A stretch of DNA of 63,958 nucleotides, the filler included, from Acidimicrobiia bacterium (lineage in GTDB: Bacteria > Actinomycetota > Acidimicrobiia > Spongiisociales > JAENVV01), in the NCBI GenBank assembly GCA_041577335.1. It is 5 parts of 5 records of this genome, joined end to end, with 100 filler letters (N's around TTAATTAATTAA, not from the genome) between each part and the next. Parts side by side here need not be neighbours in the genome. Positions count along the whole stretch, not along the records: positions 56,189 to 63,958 come from JBFGJH010000095.1; 4 more parts are not named here. One strand, 5' to 3'. Position numbers and translations under genes: made by a program. Shown here one piece after another: positions 60,067 to 63,958 of the stretch (within the stretch, counting starts at the first letter, position 1; the number at the start of each line of letters is the position of its first letter). The notes under the pieces are model-generated. The model was given only the letters and a program-made list of their open reading frames with translations, was not told where the DNA came from and searched no databases.

Positions 60067-62838
60067 ATGAGTGACGAAATCCCCAGGCTGCTGCCCGGCA
60101 CCGAGCTCACCAACTTCCCACCGCCCGATCGGTGGGACGACTGGACCGAATACGATGCCAAAGCTTGGCCAGACAAGGTCAAGCACGATGTGCGGTTTGT
60201 TCCCACGACCTGTTTCAACTGCGAGTCGGCCTGTGGCCTCCTGGCTGTCATCGACAAGGAATCCGGCGAAGTGCGGCGTTTCGAAGGCAACCCGGCTCAC
60301 CCGGGAAGCCGTGGTCGGAACTGTGCCAAAGGGCCGGCCACGCTCAACCAAATGTACGACCCTGAGCGGATACTCCACCCTCTCAAGCGGTCGGGCCCAC
60401 GCGGATCCGGCGAATGGGAGCAAGTCAGCTGGGAAGCTGCGCTCGACGATATCGCTGGGCGGATGAACGCCGCCCTGCGCGAGGGCCGCAACGACGAGAT
60501 CATGTATCACGTCGGACGTCCCGGAGAAGATGGCTTCATGGATCGCACCCTCAAGGCATGGGATGTCGATGGGCACAACAGCCACACCAACATCTGCTCT
60601 GCAGGCGCTCGCACGGGATACGCCATGTGGATGGGCCATGACCGGCCCTCCGCCGACTTCGCCAACGCCCGCTACATCCTGCTGCTCAGCTCGCATCTCG
60701 AGACCGGGCACTATTTCAACCCGCATGCGCAGCGGATCATGGAAGGCAAGCAGGCGGGCGCCAAGCTGGCCGTCGTCGACCCACGCCTGTCCAACACGGC
60801 GTCGATGGCAGATACCTGGCTGTCTGCCTGGCCAGGTACTGAGGCGGCGATGCTCCTGGCCATCGCCAAGCTGCTCATCGACCGGAACCAGATCGAGCGA
60901 AGCTTCATGAAGCGATGGATCAACTGGGAACAAACACTGGTAGCGCGCCATCCTGACAAGCCGGTCACATTTGAAGCGTTCATCGAAGTCCTGGCAGAGG
61001 AATACGCCGGGTACACCCCCGAGTGGGCTGCCGAAGAATGTGGCATCTCGCCCGACCAGATCTATGAAGTCGCGGATGGGATCGCCGCAGCCGGCACCCG
61101 GTTTGCGTCGCACACGTGGCGGTCGGCGGGATCGGGAAACCTGGGCGGATGGCAGGTCGCCCGGTGCCTCTGGTTCATCCACGTTCTCACGGGCTCGGTG
61201 GGGACAGTCGGTGGAACATCACCGTCCGCGTGGGACAAGTTCAAACCCTCCCACTGGAACATGCCACCCGCCCACAGTCGTTGGAATGAGCTGCTGTGGC
61301 CGGCCGAGTACCCATTCGCCCATCATGAGATGAGCTTCTTGCTTCCGTATTTCCTCAAAGAGGGCCGGGGCAAGGTGGACGTCTATTTCTCGCGGGTCTA
61401 CAACCCGGTGTGGACCAACCCTGACGGCTTCTCCTGGCTGGAGGTGCTCACCAATGAGGACCTCATCGGCTTGCACGTTGCTTTGACACCGACGTGGTCG
61501 GAGTCGGCGTGGTTCGCCGACTATGTGCTCCCCATGGGGGTGGGCTCCGAGCGTCATGACACCCATTCGTACGAGACGCACGCGGGACAATGGCTTGGCT
61601 TCCGCCAGCCGGTGCTGCGCGTCGCCGGCGAACGGGCTGGAAAGAGTTACGACCGAACCTACGAAGCAAATCCTGGTGAGGTTTGGGAAGAGACCGAATT
61701 CTGGATCGACCTCTCCTGGAAAGTCGACCCGGACGGCTCGCTCGGCATCAAACAGTGGTTCGCATCGCCGTCCGACCCAAGCCGACCGATCTCGGTGGAC
61801 GAGTACTACGGCTGGATGTTCGACAACTCGGTTCCCGGCCTGCCTGACAAGGCGGCTGCCCAGGGTCTGACCCCGCTGCAATACATGCGCAAATACGGCG
61901 CGGTCGAGGTGCAGAAAGAGGTGTACGAAGTACACGAACGGCCGGTCGACGCGGACGAAGTGGGTCTGGATGGCCTGGCGCGTTCGAACGGGGCCGTGGT
62001 TGGTGTTCGCACGGACGATGGGCCCCGCACGGGATTCGCGTCCCCTTCGAGGAAGCTCGAATGGTGGTCGAAAACCATGGATGAGTGGGGCTGGCACGAG
62101 GAAGCGATTCCCACCTATTTGAAGACACACGTCTACTGGCGCGACAGGGATGAAGCGGCCGGAGAGCGGATTCTGGTGCCGATTTTCCGGCTTCCCACCC
62201 TCATCCATACGAGGTCGGGCAACTCCAAGTACCTGTACGAGATCTCGCACGGGCACCCGTTGTGGATGAATCCTCGGGACGGCGAGGCACTGGGATTCGA
62301 GACTGGTGACCTGGTTCGAATCAACACCGACATCGGCCATTTCGTGATGCGGGTGTGGAGGACCGAAGGCATCCGTCCCGGAGTGGTCGCTGCCAGCCAT
62401 CACCTGGGACGGTGGCGACTGAACGACACCATGGGCAACGAACGCTGGTCCTCGGCACTGGTCGATCTCGAGCAGCTCGGCGAGGGTCGATGGCGGCTGC
62501 GGCAGAAGAAGGGCATCGAGCCGTTCGCCTCCGACGATCCCGACTCGGAGCGGATTTGGTGGCGGGACGCCGGAGTGCATCAGAACCTCGCTTTTCCGCC
62601 TCATCCGGATCCGATCTCAGGCATGCATGCTTGGCATCAGAACGTGACAATCACGGCCGCGGAGAGTGGCGACCGCTACGGTGACGTCGTCGTCGACACC
62701 AACAAGAGTGTGGCGATCTATCGAGAGTGGCTCGAGCTGACCAAGCCGGGACCGGGGCCTGATGGGCTTCGGCGTCCGACATGGTTCGCCCGACCGATCA
62801 AACCGACGTTGGATGCCTACTACACAGGATCACACTGA
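60067..62838 (+). CDS. DMSO-reductase-family Mo/W-bisPGD oxidoreductase catalytic subunit, no Tat signal
   Basis: CFNCESAC..CAKG [4Fe-4S], ERILHPLKR, HTNICS, VVDPR, ADYVLP, HTR. Confidence 0.93.
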   Translation: MSDEIPRLLPGTELTNFPPPDRWDDWTEYDAKAWPDKVKHDVRFVPTTCFNCESACGLLAVIDKESGEVRRFEGNPAHPGSRGRNCAKGPATLNQMYDPERILHPLKRSGPRGSGEWEQVSWEAALDDIAGRMNAALREGRNDEIMYHVGRPGEDGFMDRTLKAWDVDGHNSHTNICSAGARTGYAMWMGHDRPSADFANARYILLLSSHLETGHYFNPHAQRIMEGKQAGAKLAVVDPRLSNTASMADTWLSAWPGTEAAMLLAIAKLLIDRNQIERSFMKRWINWEQTLVARHPDKPVTFEAFIEVLAEEYAGYTPEWAAEECGISPDQIYEVADGIAAAGTRFASHTWRSAGSGNLGGWQVARCLWFIHVLTGSVGTVGGTSPSAWDKFKPSHWNMPPAHSRWNELLWPAEYPFAHHEMSFLLPYFLKEGRGKVDVYFSRVYNPVWTNPDGFSWLEVLTNEDLIGLHVALTPTWSESAWFADYVLPMGVGSERHDTHSYETHAGQWLGFRQPVLRVAGERAGKSYDRTYEANPGEVWEETEFWIDLSWKVDPDGSLGIKQWFASPSDPSRPISVDEYYGWMFDNSVPGLPDKAAAQGLTPLQYMRKYGAVEVQKEVYEVHERPVDADEVGLDGLARSNGAVVGVRTDDGPRTGFASPSRKLEWWSKTMDEWGWHEEAIPTYLKTHVYWRDRDEAAGERILVPIFRLPTLIHTRSGNSKYLYEISHGHPLWMNPRDGEALGFETGDLVRINTDIGHFVMRVWRTEGIRPGVVAASHHLGRWRLNDTMGNERWSSALVDLEQLGEGRWRLRQKKGIEPFASDDPDSERIWWRDAGVHQNLAFPPHPDPISGMHAWHQNVTITAAESGDRYGDVVVDTNKSVAIYREWLELTKPGPGPDGLRRPTWFARPIKPTLDAYYTGSH

Positions 62839-63616
62839 CAGCTCAGCAGCCGCGGCCCCCGAGGCCGAGGCGCGTACGTGGGCCGACCTGGCGGCGCGAT
62901 GGCGTCGGGCCGACCACCCAGACCTATGGGCGGATATCCCGGGCACCGAGGCGGACATCGTCCGATTCTTCGACCCGGTGAGTGACATCGACCGGCGCGC
63001 CCGGGCGTGGGCTTACCAGCCCGTCACCTACGATTTTTCCGACTTGGCACGCTTCGCGGCAGGTCTGGCTGGCGCCGAAGCGGACGCATGGCGCGAAGAT
63101 CGGCCCCATATCGCCACGAAAGCCTATGAGGACCGCCGGTTTCTGATCAGCGATCGTCTCATCCATTGGGCGGTTCCGTGGCTGGACGCGGTCGCGAGAC
63201 GCGCCGGCAGTGAGGCGGATGACGCAGAGACGGCCAAGAGATCTCTCCTGGAGATCGGCGATCGGCTTCGACTCGCCCCCGCCCTCGTTGGTTCAGAGGG
63301 TCTGGTGGTCCCGGGTTTCGACTCGTTTGGCCCGTTCGAGTCGGGCGGCGGCCTTGCCAAAACGCTGCCGTCGTTGTGGAGCGGTGGAGTGCTGTCGGTC
63401 CAGGATCTGGGCGCCATTCGGCACGCCGTCGTCACAACCCGCGAGATCCCCGTCGACTGGCTACAAAGTGCCGATTCCCGCAAGCTGCTGGCGGCTTTCT
63501 ACCGCGACGCGGCAGGTCGCTGGGATACGTTGGCAGCACAGCATGCCGGTACCGCCCAGCTGTGGCGCGACCTATCACATCGAGCCGCTCGTACCGCACA
63601 GACGCTCAACGCCTGA
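62813..63616 (+). CDS. Divergent TorD/DmsD-like maturation chaperone (putative)
   Basis: Helical; FLISDRLIHWAVPWL resembles TorD-family motif; overlaps Mo-enzyme stop. Confidence 0.5.
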   Translation: MPTTQDHTDSSAAAAPEAEARTWADLAARWRRADHPDLWADIPGTEADIVRFFDPVSDIDRRARAWAYQPVTYDFSDLARFAAGLAGAEADAWREDRPHIATKAYEDRRFLISDRLIHWAVPWLDAVARRAGSEADDAETAKRSLLEIGDRLRLAPALVGSEGLVVPGFDSFGPFESGGGLAKTLPSLWSGGVLSVQDLGAIRHAVVTTREIPVDWLQSADSRKLLAAFYRDAAGRWDTLAAQHAGTAQLWRDLSHRAARTAQTLNA

Positions 63617-63634
63617 GCCGATCGAACCGCTCAC

Positions 63635-63958
63635 CTAGAACAGTCGCCCGCCGTTCGGCACTGGCCGATCGGGGCCGATCATGATCACTTCGCCAGCTCC
63701 GTCGGGAAAACCCAACACGAGAATCTCCGACATGAACTTCCCTATCTGTTTGGGTGGGAAATTCACCACTGCGGCGACCTGGCGACCCACGACGGAAGCC
63801 GGCTCATAGTGGGCGGTGATCTGCGCCGAGGTCTTCCTGGTGCCGAGCTCAGGCCCGAGGTCAACCCAAAGCTTCACCGCCGGCGCACGGGCCTCTGGGA
63901 ACGTCTCGGCCCGAACAATGGTTCCGACGCGAATGTCGACCGCGAGGAACTCGTCGAA
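63635..63958 (-). CDS. csaA: CsaA/tRNA-binding OB-fold protein (5'-truncated)
   Basis: FLAVDIRVGTI, SAQIT, VVNFPPKQIG, SEILVLG. Confidence 0.92.
   Translation of the reverse strand, partial: FDEFLAVDIRVGTIVRAETFPEARAPAVKLWVDLGPELGTRKTSAQITAHYEPASVVGRQVAAVVNFPPKQIGKFMSEILVLGFPDGAGEVIMIGPDRPVPNGGRLF

Noticed and set aside
60067..62838. Formate dehydrogenase or selenoprotein
   Set aside because: No in-frame TGA and no RxC/UH FDH motif; partners are NrfD-type and sulfur carriers

Overview
High-GC bacterial DNA, probably actinobacterial (Acidimicrobiia-like; inferred from the lysA-hom-thrC-rho-rpmE-prfA-prmC order, F420-type enzymes and TIGR03084/AtuA genes). It is five contigs joined by artificial 100-bp N44-TTAATTAATTAA-N44 linkers, so adjacency across linkers is meaningless. 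Contig 1 (1-15645): AAA ATPase, a 70-bp palindromic tandem repeat, beta-propeller, PLD, the translation/threonine core cluster, and a divergent strongly promoted operon of two WXG100-like small proteins plus a YukD/ubiquitin-like fragment (candidate atypical type VII secretion locus). Contig 2: MarR/TetR units, TIGR03084/AtuA, esterase, sulfotransferase, sugar ABC transporter. Contig 3: purine nucleoside ABC uptake, deaminases, xanthine-dehydrogenase-like genes, start of the atp operon. Contig 4: MoxR/chelatase-like ATPase-vWA pair, F420 enzymes, Nif3, HU, CDF and gene remnants. Contig 5: ArsR-linked sulfur cluster (rhodanese-MBL dioxygenase, DsrE, TusA, 4Fe-4S/NrfD fusion, Tat-less molybdoenzyme, chaperone) with a shared palindromic operator. 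The sulfur cluster and the WXG100-like operon are the best candidates for undescribed systems. All family calls are from motif recognition by eye, not database searches.
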